Part shown: one piece after another, positions 1-8,711 of the stretch
Numbering within the stretch: the stretch's first letter is position 1
How the letters are laid out: each line of letters starts with the position of its first letter
Assembly: GCA_036652815.1 (NCBI GenBank)
Contig: JAVVVE010000006.1
Coordinates: forward strand, 11,405-75,404
Direction of reading: 5' to 3'
Length of the DNA stretch: 64,000 nt
From: Lachnospiraceae bacterium
GTDB taxonomy: Bacteria; Bacillota; Clostridia; Lachnospirales; Lachnospiraceae
Notes under the pieces: model-generated
What the model was told of the DNA's origin: nothing
Seen by the model: the letters and a program-made list of their open reading frames with translations, nothing else
The model's database searches: none
Made by a program: the position numbers and the translations under genes

Positions 1-550
1 CCTCTGAATTAGGAGTTTCTATAATAATTTTCCCTCCCTCATATAAATGTTCGCTCATGGTTTTTAAATATATTAGTGGATTCTCCAAATGCTCTATAAC
101 ATGAAAACAAGTTATGATATCATATTTTTCTTTACAATCATCAAGGCTCTTATAAACCTTAATCCCTTCAGCATTAATAATCTTTCTTGCCTCATCTTCA
201 ATTTCAACACCTGATACACTATGTGCCACTGACATAATACCTCTTAGGAATCCAGCATTGCCGCATCCAAAATCCAAAATTTTCTTTTCCTTACATGTCT
301 TTTCTAAAAGTGCCACACGTCTATCATCGTCTTCTTTAGTAATAGCTACCCAATCTTCAAAGCTTTCCTCTTCTTCGTTATCATGCATATGTGAATTTTC
401 ATAAAATTCATCTGATATTTGTTCAAAGGAGGATAAAAATACAAGACCACATTTTTTACATTTCAGCACATTAATATTGCTGTTATCTCTTGTACCACAA
501 TGTATTACTTCAATATCTTTATTTCCACACAAACTACATACAGCATTCAT
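1..550 (-). CDS. Class I SAM-dependent methyltransferase with N-terminal CxxC...CxxC zinc ribbon (partial; C-terminus runs off the left edge)
   Basis: Absent from the ORF track because it is truncated. Hand translation of the minus strand from the ATG at 548-550 gives MNAVCSLCGNKDIEVIHCGTRDNSNINVLKCKKCGLVFL...KKILDFGCGNAGFLRG...DIITCFHVIEHLENP. This shows two CxxC pairs followed by the DxGCG SAM motif I, and the frame is open to position 1. Confidence 0.75.
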   Translation of the reverse strand, partial: MNAVCSLCGNKDIEVIHCGTRDNSNINVLKCKKCGLVFLSSFEQISDEFYENSHMHDNEEEESFEDWVAITKEDDDRRVALLEKTCKEKKILDFGCGNAGFLRGIMSVAHSVSGVEIEDEARKIINAEGIKVYKSLDDCKEKYDIITCFHVIEHLENPLIYLKTMSEHLYEGGKIIIETPNSE

Positions 551-572
551 TTTTTATTCTCCTATGTTTAAT

Positions 573-1349
573 TTAATATCCTTTTTTTTGACCACCGTCT
601 ACTACAACTGTATTTCCAGTCATAAAAGAAGCTCTTTCTGAGGCTAGAAATACGATCATATCTGCAATTTCTTCCGGCTTTCCAAAACGTTTCATCGGAA
701 CATTCTGTTCAATATAACTCTTTGTGCCAACTTCATCCGCCAAGAGAAGTTCTTCCCACCTACCTGTTGGATAAATAATATTACCCGGGACTACTGCGTT
801 GACTCGAATACCTTGTTCTGCATAGTCTATCGCCATATATTTCGTTAAGGTCAAAATGGCATTCTTAGCTGCTGCGTAAGCATATGGTGCACTTATCTTC
901 TCACAAGCTGCTAATGATGAAAGTAACACAATGCTACTTCGTTGCTGTTCCATTAAAATATCCAGAAATATTTGAATCAGTTTTACCGCACTATACAGAT
1001 TTATATCAATCAGTCGTGCCCATTCCTCCATATCTAATCTATTCTCTGAGATAGGTTTTCCACTACCAAGATTAGGAATTAGAATATCTACTTTTCCAAA
1101 ACGTGATATGATTTGCTGTTTTGCTTGCTCAATATCACATGTTTTCGTCATATCACCGCATACTACAAATACATTATCTTGACCATAGCATGCACTTAAA
1201 TGAGTATGTGTTGCTATAAGTCTCTCTTGATTTCTTCCATTTATAATTACTTTCGCGCCTTCTGCTAAGAAGCTCTTTGCCGTAGCATATCCGATTCCCT
1301 TAGTTGACGCTGTAATAAAAACTATTTTATCTTGAATTTCCAGATTCAT
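573..1349 (-). CDS. Short-chain dehydrogenase/reductase (SDR) family oxidoreductase
   Basis: 258 aa. Has an N-terminal Rossmann motif (ITASTKGIGYA) and the catalytic YxxxK (YAAAK). Confidence 0.9.
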   Translation of the reverse strand: MNLEIQDKIVFITASTKGIGYATAKSFLAEGAKVIINGRNQERLIATHTHLSACYGQDNVFVVCGDMTKTCDIEQAKQQIISRFGKVDILIPNLGSGKPISENRLDMEEWARLIDINLYSAVKLIQIFLDILMEQQRSSIVLLSSLAACEKISAPYAYAAAKNAILTLTKYMAIDYAEQGIRVNAVVPGNIIYPTGRWEELLLADEVGTKSYIEQNVPMKRFGKPEEIADMIVFLASERASFMTGNTVVVDGGQKKGY

Positions 1350-1421
1350 ATAACTCCTTAAATATTACAAATTTATTTGGTTTTCTAACGATTATTTGAA
1401 TAAATTCTACATTTCTAGCAA

Positions 1422-2264
1422 TCATGATAAATATTGAAGTACAAATTGTTTCTGTTCTCTAATATTTTCTTCTTCCCGACCGTCTTCTCCTCGTGCTGCC
1501 TGTAAAATAATACTACCTTTATACTCTATTTGTTTTAAACTCGCAAAAACTTCCTTCATATCTGCGCTGCCTGTTCCTAAGGGTACCGATGTACCACCAT
1601 AAATTCGATCCTTAATATGTACATTGTAAACATATTGGTTGAGTGAAAGGAGTTCTTCTCTATGCCGATATCCCAATCCCGAACTGTTTCCACTATCATA
1701 ATTGGCTACTACATTTTTTCTATCAATTTTATCTAAAAAATTTTTAAAAACAGCCGGGGGGAAATCTGTTTCTAATCCCAGCATAATATGATATGTCTGT
1801 GCAATTATTGACATATGTTGAATAAATTCAATCATTTTTTTTTGTTCCAGTTCTGTTTTTACAGATGAATTATCTACTAAAGGAATTTCAATTAAATGTG
1901 CCTTGATTTGATGAGCTGCTTCTATAATCGTTGTGAGAATTTGAACATTTTCATCATATACCTTCTTTTCTTTCTCTGGCTTTTCTTTATAAAAAGGTCT
2001 TCTCATAAAATAGTCAAAGCAAACAGAATGAATCGTTACCCCAGTTTGTTTTACAACCTCCACAATACGTTTACGCATATTAGAAGTCCAAAGTGGATTT
2101 TCCTCATAGTTTTCCCAGTCAAAAATCCATTCTATCTCATCTAATCCTAAATTTTTTGCCAAATAAAACTCATTTTCCCAATTATCAAATGGAAAAAATT
2201 GAATCTCTCTACCTTTTCTTGGTGTTAATCGTCCCTGCATAATTCCTATACTATGCTGGTTCAT
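1422..2264 (-). CDS. Xylose-isomerase-like TIM-barrel protein (sugar phosphate isomerase/epimerase family)
   Basis: 280 aa. Overall resemblance to AP-endonuclease-2/xylose-isomerase-like TIM-barrel sugar isomerases, in a sugar-biosynthesis context. This is a family-level call only. Confidence 0.7.
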   Translation of the reverse strand: MNQHSIGIMQGRLTPRKGREIQFFPFDNWENEFYLAKNLGLDEIEWIFDWENYEENPLWTSNMRKRIVEVVKQTGVTIHSVCFDYFMRRPFYKEKPEKEKKVYDENVQILTTIIEAAHQIKAHLIEIPLVDNSSVKTELEQKKMIEFIQHMSIIAQTYHIMLGLETDFPPAVFKNFLDKIDRKNVVANYDSGNSSGLGYRHREELLSLNQYVYNVHIKDRIYGGTSVPLGTGSADMKEVFASLKQIEYKGSIILQAARGEDGREEENIREQKQFVLQYLS

Positions 2265-2318
2265 AGTTTTTCTCCTTTTATGTTCAATGTTCTGAAAATA
2301 TGATACTATGACTCGAAA

Positions 2319-2747
2319 TTATAATGTCTCCACCAATTCTATAAAATTTCCCTCAGGATCTTTACAAAAGCAAACTTTTGCATAACCGTTGGGAGAAACA
2401 AGTGGTTTTGAAATGAATTTAATTCCCATTTTTTTTAATCTGCTATACTCATGATCAATATTTAATACCGAAACTGCAATGTGATAACTTCCCTGTTCCC
2501 AAACAGAAGTTTCATCTTTTATTTTTGATTCCATATCGCATACTTTTAAAAGTTCAATCATCGTTCCATTATCCGCTTCCAATTTATATAGTTCGATTTT
2601 CGCATTATTTAGACCTAGAATAGTGGCAATATAATCACTGCTTTCTATTTCATGAATTTTCTCTTTCATTCCCAATACAGCACTGTAGAACTCTTTCATT
2701 AACTCTAAATCACTGACATATATTCCCGTATGTCTAATTGCAATCAT
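2319..2747 (-). CDS. VOC (glyoxalase/bleomycin-resistance/dioxygenase) family protein
   Basis: 142 aa. Has paired beta-alpha-beta-beta-beta modules with HTGIYVSDLE...FY and HIAVSV...DPEGNFIEL signatures typical of VOC proteins. Confidence 0.8.
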   Translation of the reverse strand: MIAIRHTGIYVSDLELMKEFYSAVLGMKEKIHEIESSDYIATILGLNNAKIELYKLEADNGTMIELLKVCDMESKIKDETSVWEQGSYHIAVSVLNIDHEYSRLKKMGIKFISKPLVSPNGYAKVCFCKDPEGNFIELVETL

Positions 2748-2762
2748 AGTTTTTCTCCAGTA

Positions 2763-4157
2763 TTAATTATTTTCTGTCACAATTTCCTGCATCGCTTCAA
2801 TGAGAACATCCATGCCTTCCGCTAATGCTTCCTCTGGGATTGTTAGTGGCGGTCCTACTTTAAGCGTTCCTGTCATCGTCCGAATAGACATGAGTCCTTT
2901 TTCAAAAGCTCGCTCTATTACCCTATCTACTAATTCAATATCCAGCTCTAATGTGCCCGGTTTTACAACAATTGCTGCAAAAGCCATACCCATACCATGG
3001 ATTGCCTGTATTCTGTCTGGAAATCTCGCTTGCATTTCTTGAAATTTTGAACGTAAAATATGTTCTTTACTTTTAGAGGCTTCTACCAAATGGTGCTCTT
3101 CAAGAAAATGCAAATTAGCCAATGCTGCTGCACAAGGTAAAGGACTTCCTCCATGTGTACTATTTAAAGATCCATCAACATCAATAATATCAGCCCGGCT
3201 CAATACGGCTGATAATGGTAACGATCCGCTAATTGCTTTACCACAACAAATAATATCTACGTCCACATCATAATATTCATATCCAAATAATTTACCGGTT
3301 CTCCCAAATCCCGCCTGTACTTCATCAGATACCAGCAGTGCATTGTGTTCAGTCAAAAACTTGCGTAAAGCCTTAATATACCCAATGGGATAAAAAAGTG
3401 CTGCCCACCCCTGGTATGGTTCAAAGATTGCTCCTGTAATGGTATCTAAGTCAACCCCCGATGCTTCTAACTGTGTAATATCTCTCTCGAAAAGTTTTCT
3501 GCCTGCCTCTTCATCATAAATCTGATCCATACTCTCAAATGCATTGGTTGGACAACACAGATGATAAATAGAAGGATCCATAGTTCCGATCCAGCTCTGA
3601 GAAGCCGGCTTCCCTGCCATTGTTTGTGCACCTAATGTTTTCCCATGAAAAGCTCCCTCAAATGCAATCATTCCTACTTTGTCTGGTCTTTGTTTTTTTC
3701 CATGCATACGGCAAAGTTTCAATGCACATTCTGTTGTTTCTGCACCAGTAGTTAACAGAAAAGCTTTATCCATAGGGCTAGGTGCCATTTTCACCAACTG
3801 TTCTGCTAATAGTGAACGAATTTCCAAAGAATAATAGTAGCTGTTAAGCATGGGCTTATCAAGCATTTCCTGCAATGCTTGAATGATAGCTTCATTGCCA
3901 TGACCAGTGTTTGTCACAAAGATGCCCGATGAAAAATCTATCCATATATTACCCCATTTATCAAATATCTGATAATCAACTGCTCTATCCCATACGGCAT
4001 AAAGTTGATTGTTCATAGACCAAGGTTCAAATCGAATAGAACGCTCTATAATTTCCAGACTTTCCGGAACCGGAAGTTTTGTCACTATTTTGCGATTTTC
4101 CGTTTCTACCAAAGGAACTTGATGTGGTACTTTGTTAAACATATATTCCGTTGTCAT
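2763..4157 (-). CDS. Class III PLP-dependent aminotransferase
   Basis: 464 aa. Contains the SDEVQAGFGRTGKLF motif and a downstream CCGKAISG lysine, typical of the class III (acetylornithine/GABA/GSA type) aminotransferases. Confidence 0.9.
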   Translation of the reverse strand: MTTEYMFNKVPHQVPLVETENRKIVTKLPVPESLEIIERSIRFEPWSMNNQLYAVWDRAVDYQIFDKWGNIWIDFSSGIFVTNTGHGNEAIIQALQEMLDKPMLNSYYYSLEIRSLLAEQLVKMAPSPMDKAFLLTTGAETTECALKLCRMHGKKQRPDKVGMIAFEGAFHGKTLGAQTMAGKPASQSWIGTMDPSIYHLCCPTNAFESMDQIYDEEAGRKLFERDITQLEASGVDLDTITGAIFEPYQGWAALFYPIGYIKALRKFLTEHNALLVSDEVQAGFGRTGKLFGYEYYDVDVDIICCGKAISGSLPLSAVLSRADIIDVDGSLNSTHGGSPLPCAAALANLHFLEEHHLVEASKSKEHILRSKFQEMQARFPDRIQAIHGMGMAFAAIVVKPGTLELDIELVDRVIERAFEKGLMSIRTMTGTLKVGPPLTIPEEALAEGMDVLIEAMQEIVTENN

Positions 4158-4193
4158 CGTTATATCCTTCTTTCTTACATTTTTTTACTTCTT

Positions 4194-4946
4194 TTAGTCT
4201 AACTTAGTTAATACATCATATATCCAAGAACCCTGTTGTTTAATTTTATATTCAAGATATGAAAAATCTTCTATGGTATCTACTTCATAGCAGCAGGGAG
4301 ATTCAAAAGCAATCATCCTATCTCCATGCAATAATTGTTGTTCTATAATAAACTGACTTTTTAGCACATCCACATATCCATCCGGAATATAGACGTTGGG
4401 AAAACCTTGTCTGCCTTCATTGGCTTCATCTAGCGTTATTTTCTCTGAAAGTGCTGTGAAATATTCATTTTCGTTCTTTAGGAACCACTTGTAAGGAGAC
4501 TCTGATGCTAAGTGTGCTGATCGTAAGGATGTAGCTTCCTCCCGTTTCATGATAGTTGAAATTGCCGTATCTACAATTTCTACTTCACGAAGCGGTGTGG
4601 TAGGGCGTAAATGAATCAAATATTCCGGCACACTTCCTTCGTTATCCATAAACCAATGTAATGCATGATTAATAAATTCTATATCACCCGAACAATCCTC
4701 TGCATACTTTTTAGGTCGTAAAAACGGAACCTCCGCTCCATATTTCCGTGCAATCTCAGCTATCTCTTCTGAGTCTGTAGAAACAATCACTCGATCTATC
4801 TGTTGCGAATACCTAGCCAATATAATCGAATATGCAATTAACGGATATCCTTGCAATAATTTAATATTTTTCTGTGGAACACCTTTTGATCCAACTCGTG
4901 CGGGAATAATTGCCGTTCGATTTCCCTGATCTATTTGAACTGTCAT
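4194..4946 (-). CDS. Acylneuraminate-type cytidylyltransferase (CMP-ulosonic acid synthetase family)
   Basis: 250 aa. N-terminal IIPARVGSKGVPQKNI motif characteristic of CMP-NeuAc/CMP-Pse/CMP-Leg synthetases. It overlaps the upstream gene by 4 nt (4943-4946). Confidence 0.85.
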   Translation of the reverse strand: MTVQIDQGNRTAIIPARVGSKGVPQKNIKLLQGYPLIAYSIILARYSQQIDRVIVSTDSEEIAEIARKYGAEVPFLRPKKYAEDCSGDIEFINHALHWFMDNEGSVPEYLIHLRPTTPLREVEIVDTAISTIMKREEATSLRSAHLASESPYKWFLKNENEYFTALSEKITLDEANEGRQGFPNVYIPDGYVDVLKSQFIIEQQLLHGDRMIAFESPCCYEVDTIEDFSYLEYKIKQQGSWIYDVLTKLD

Positions 4947-6007
4947 CTTTCATTCCTCTTATACATCTCGTGTTCTACACATTCACAAATAATATGCCCA
5001 ATCATAATATGCATCTCTTGTATTCTTGGTGTATTTAAGGATGGAACCGATATTACAATATCTGCTTGTTGTGTCATAACACAATTGATATCTCCACCAA
5101 TCATAGCAACTGTTTTCATTTTTTTATCTCGTGCCGCCTTGATTGCTTCTACAATATTTTTAGATGTTCCACTTGTCGAGATAGCAATAAGGACATCTTT
5201 TGCTTTTCCTTTTGCCTCTACTTGTCTTGCAAATACTCTATCAAATGCATAATCATTCCCTATTGCTGTCAAGCACGAGGTATTAACTGTTAATGCTTCT
5301 GCGTTCAATGCCGGTCTGTCAAAATAGAAACGGCTAACTAATTCTGTGGCAAGGTGTTGTGCATCTGCCGCACTACCTCCATTTCCACAGAAAAGCACTT
5401 GTCCGCCTTCTTGAAAAGTAGTATACATTAATTCGATGACTTTCTGTATCGCGTGTTGTAATGTAATATCCATTCTCACTCGGGCTATTAATTGATTATG
5501 TTCCATAAGCGAGTGCGTGAGCTTAGTATGGACTTGTGTGATTCCATCATTATATTTTTCTATCATGTGGATGCACTCTGCCAAGCAGCCATTTCCACCT
5601 TCTGTGGATAAAATAACATCTGCCACTGATTTAACATCTGCTATAGCATCTGCCGGGCATAAACTAAGTCCAACATATTGCATTGCTTCTATATCATATT
5701 TTCCATCTCCTATATAGCAGATAGATTCCGGTGTTATCTCTAATTGATGTGCTAACTTTTCAAGCATTTGCTTCTTAGTCTTGCATGCATCGTACCAGTA
5801 ATCCGGTTCAAGTCTCTCATGAATATATTCTGTGAATGTATTCTTTTCTCCGGTAATAATCCCAAACATTATTTGATGCTTTCTTATCTGCGCAATCGCA
5901 TCAAGATCTTTTAATGAAATAGTTTTTTGCTGTTCTTCTCCTTTTGCAATATATATCTTACCATCCGTAAGCACTCCATCAATATCAGCTACTATAAGCT
6001 TAATCAT
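4943..6007 (-). CDS. Fusion protein: KdsC-type HAD-IIIA ulosonate-phosphate phosphatase (N-terminal) and GmhA-type SIS sugar-phosphate isomerase (C-terminal)
   Basis: 354 aa. The N-terminal half has DIDGVLTDG...IITGEK...GDGKYD (KdsC/KDN-9-P phosphatase type HAD). The C-terminal half has FCGNGGSAADAQHLATEL...ISTSGTSKN, the canonical phosphoheptose isomerase/DiaA-type SIS signature. Confidence 0.8.
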   Translation of the reverse strand: MIKLIVADIDGVLTDGKIYIAKGEEQQKTISLKDLDAIAQIRKHQIMFGIITGEKNTFTEYIHERLEPDYWYDACKTKKQMLEKLAHQLEITPESICYIGDGKYDIEAMQYVGLSLCPADAIADVKSVADVILSTEGGNGCLAECIHMIEKYNDGITQVHTKLTHSLMEHNQLIARVRMDITLQHAIQKVIELMYTTFQEGGQVLFCGNGGSAADAQHLATELVSRFYFDRPALNAEALTVNTSCLTAIGNDYAFDRVFARQVEAKGKAKDVLIAISTSGTSKNIVEAIKAARDKKMKTVAMIGGDINCVMTQQADIVISVPSLNTPRIQEMHIMIGHIICECVEHEMYKRNER

Positions 6008-6013
6008 CGTGTT

Positions 6014-6841
6014 TTATCCTCTCAGTTTTGCTTTTACAGCTTTTTCTGCTTCCGATAATGTCTTCTCACCATTGCCAAGAATAGAGGAAACCGCTCTAAT
6101 ATCTTTTACCAAGCGCTGTAAATCATCTACCTCTAACGATGCTGCCTGATCCGAACCATACATAGTTCTATCTAGTGTGATATGACGTTCTATGGAGGTT
6201 GCTCCCAAGACTGTTGCCGCTACTGATACTAATCTTCCAGTTTCATGTCCACTATAACCTATATCACATTGATAACGTTCCCTTAGTTTTGCTATAAGCA
6301 TTAAGTTCGCATCTTCATTTTTCATAGGATATGTACTATTGCAATGCATTAATTCAAAAGAGCACTTGTATTTTTTAAAAATTGCCACAGCATTATCAAT
6401 TTCCTCATAATTACTCATTCCTGTTGCTATAAAAGTATGTTTACCTTCTTTTGCCACTTCTTCTAATAATTCTCTATTTGTTAACATAGCCGAGGCTATT
6501 TTATTATATGGCAAATCATATTGTTGTAAAAACTTCTGTGCCTCAATATCCCATGCAGACGCAAACCATACGATCTTTTTTTCTTTACAGTATGCATCAA
6601 TCATATCATATTCTGCTTTTCCAAATTCCAAACCTTCTTTTTGAGCACGTTGTGTTGTCCCCCATGGGCTTTCACGATATCCTTCTAAATATTCTTTTGT
6701 ATACACCTTATCAATCGTTCTTTTTTGAAATTTAACAGCATCGCAATCACAGATTACCGCCCAATCAATTAGTTGTTTGACTAATTCCATATCTCCATTA
6801 TGGTTAATTCCTACTTCCGCAATAATAAATGGTTTTTTCAT
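6014..6841 (-). CDS. NeuB-family PEP-condensing (ulosonic acid / ulosonate-phosphate) synthase lacking the C-terminal SAF domain
   Basis: 275 aa. Has the IIAEVGINHNGD, MHCNSTYP and GYSGHETG motifs of the NeuB TIM barrel. The protein ends right after the barrel, so there is no SAF/antifreeze-like domain. Confidence 0.85.
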   Translation of the reverse strand: MKKPFIIAEVGINHNGDMELVKQLIDWAVICDCDAVKFQKRTIDKVYTKEYLEGYRESPWGTTQRAQKEGLEFGKAEYDMIDAYCKEKKIVWFASAWDIEAQKFLQQYDLPYNKIASAMLTNRELLEEVAKEGKHTFIATGMSNYEEIDNAVAIFKKYKCSFELMHCNSTYPMKNEDANLMLIAKLRERYQCDIGYSGHETGRLVSVAATVLGATSIERHITLDRTMYGSDQAASLEVDDLQRLVKDIRAVSSILGNGEKTLSEAEKAVKAKLRG

Positions 6842-6856
6842 TCTATTCCCCTTTCT

Positions 6857-8086
6857 TTATTGACACCCTCTGTTTTCTTTTATCATAATATCAGCAACTT
6901 GTTCAAAAAAATCAATATCTTGTGAATCACGTCCTTTAATATAATCCATAATATATTTTTTTCGTATATCTTTTGATATTTTTCTAATATATTTCGTTGG
7001 ATTTAACGTTGGTTTGTCAATCATATATGGTTCGATTCCTAGATAGTCAGTGCACGCATACCTTTCATATTTGGTATTAATCAAATCGCTCCACCAAAAT
7101 AATAATCGTTTATTATATAAAACAACATAATCCAAAGCAGTAGAATAACTCATGATAACAAATTCGGCATGTTTAACCAATTCTACCGTATGAAAAAGCG
7201 AAAATTTTCTATTGCCAAATTCATTTCCCTCATAATTAGCACGAGGATGACCTGAAATAATAATCTCACAGTTAAATTGATTTTCCAACTGTTCAAACAG
7301 AATCAATAATTTTTCTTTTACACTTTGTTTGGTCTTTTGAGTATGGTCTTGCCCACCTAATAGTACTATGTCTGGATGAATCGTAAAATCTCCCGCATCT
7401 ATATAAAGTATATATTTTTTTCTGTTTTTTTCAGGCGGTTGCGAATTTGCTTTTAAATATTCATCATAATTCAAAGAATGTATGTATCTAAATCTACTGT
7501 TTTGTTGTAGCAATATTGGAATATGATTTTTATTAGTTCTGGTAGAGCAAAAATAATATTTGGGCGGATGAAGCATTGACTGTGCCAAAAATTTACCATC
7601 TGTATCAATCAACATGTAAATGTACTGTAAAAGAATTTCTTTAAAAACATGCATAACAGAAAATTTTGTAAGATTTGTTTTTTCAAAATTACAAACGTAT
7701 CTCACTTTTTCAATAAGATTTTTTGATAACACCCTTTCACTATAGAGAAGAGGGGGATTAATATGTAATTCATAATAAACACACTTTTCTTTTATTATTT
7801 TTTTCCTAATCCAATTATCTTTACTATACGGAATTAATAATAAAAATTGCTTATTCGCATTTTTTCCTATTTTATTTTCCAATTCACTTTTGGATTTAGG
7901 ATAAAAAACTTCGGTTCTTTTACAAAGTTCTTGTACCGGTGCGATTTTCTTTCTTGTAGCACTTAAATAAATTGTTGACCATATCTGCACATCAATCTTT
8001 TTTCTCTTGAAAATTTCCATCCCAAATCTTTGAAAATCTCTTTCTTCAAAATAATTTTGATATATAAAAATTATCTGATTTCTCAT
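6857..8086 (-). CDS. Hypothetical protein, possible GT-B-like (sialyl/ulosonyl-type) transferase
   Basis: 409-aa Lys/Asn/Ile-rich ORF with no clear family signature by eye. A C-terminal half with ILYIDAGDF ... IISGHPRA ... IMSYSTALDYV is reminiscent of the acidic and HP motifs of bacterial sialyltransferase-like and capsule transferases. It lies between the ulosonic-acid and heptose modules. The CDS is likely real; the function is tentative. Confidence 0.4.
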   Translation of the reverse strand: MRNQIIFIYQNYFEERDFQRFGMEIFKRKKIDVQIWSTIYLSATRKKIAPVQELCKRTEVFYPKSKSELENKIGKNANKQFLLLIPYSKDNWIRKKIIKEKCVYYELHINPPLLYSERVLSKNLIEKVRYVCNFEKTNLTKFSVMHVFKEILLQYIYMLIDTDGKFLAQSMLHPPKYYFCSTRTNKNHIPILLQQNSRFRYIHSLNYDEYLKANSQPPEKNRKKYILYIDAGDFTIHPDIVLLGGQDHTQKTKQSVKEKLLILFEQLENQFNCEIIISGHPRANYEGNEFGNRKFSLFHTVELVKHAEFVIMSYSTALDYVVLYNKRLLFWWSDLINTKYERYACTDYLGIEPYMIDKPTLNPTKYIRKISKDIRKKYIMDYIKGRDSQDIDFFEQVADIMIKENRGCQ

Positions 8087-8121
8087 TTTTTCACCTATCT
8101 TCGTTATTATTTCGATGAACT

Positions 8122-8691
8122 TTATTTTTCTGTAATAGCAAGTGCATTAACTAATAAATGCCATATAATCCCTTGCCATCCTTCTGCATGTGGTGTGATT
8201 CTTTCATCGTTTATTACCGGGATCAAAATACATGCATCTGCATTTTTACCCACATAACCACCATCACGTGACACAAGTCCAATAATTTTAGATCCTTTTT
8301 CTGTCGCATATTTTAATGCTTTTACAATATTTTGTGAAGTATGATCACTTCCTCCACCAACCGATAATATTAAGATAACATCCTGACTATTAAGTCTAGA
8401 TACTCTCAACCATTCTACAAAAGTAGTATCCCAGCCCTCATCATTTACTCTTGCTGTTAGCTCAGATATATTATCCGTAGGTGCATAAGCCTCAATTCCT
8501 GCTATTTTCCTAAAATCATTAACTGCATGAGACGCATTGGCTGCACTGCCTCCAACCCCCAGAATAAATAATCTGCCGTTATTTTTTTTAAGCGCAGCCA
8601 ATATTTCGATGCTTTTTTCGATTTTATCTTTTTCAATGGTTTTAGCTATCTGAATCGTCTCCAAAAGATATTGATTAATATAATTTTCCAT
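8122..8691 (-). CDS. SIS-domain sugar-phosphate isomerase (GmhA/LpcA-like)
   Basis: 189 aa. Contains FILGVGGSAANASHAVNDF ... LSVGGGS SIS motifs. It is adjacent to the heptose kinase and the nucleotidyltransferase/phosphatase genes. Confidence 0.7.
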   Translation of the reverse strand: MENYINQYLLETIQIAKTIEKDKIEKSIEILAALKKNNGRLFILGVGGSAANASHAVNDFRKIAGIEAYAPTDNISELTARVNDEGWDTTFVEWLRVSRLNSQDVILILSVGGGSDHTSQNIVKALKYATEKGSKIIGLVSRDGGYVGKNADACILIPVINDERITPHAEGWQGIIWHLLVNALAITEK

Positions 8692-8711
8692 ATGAATTTT
8701 CCCTTCTCATT

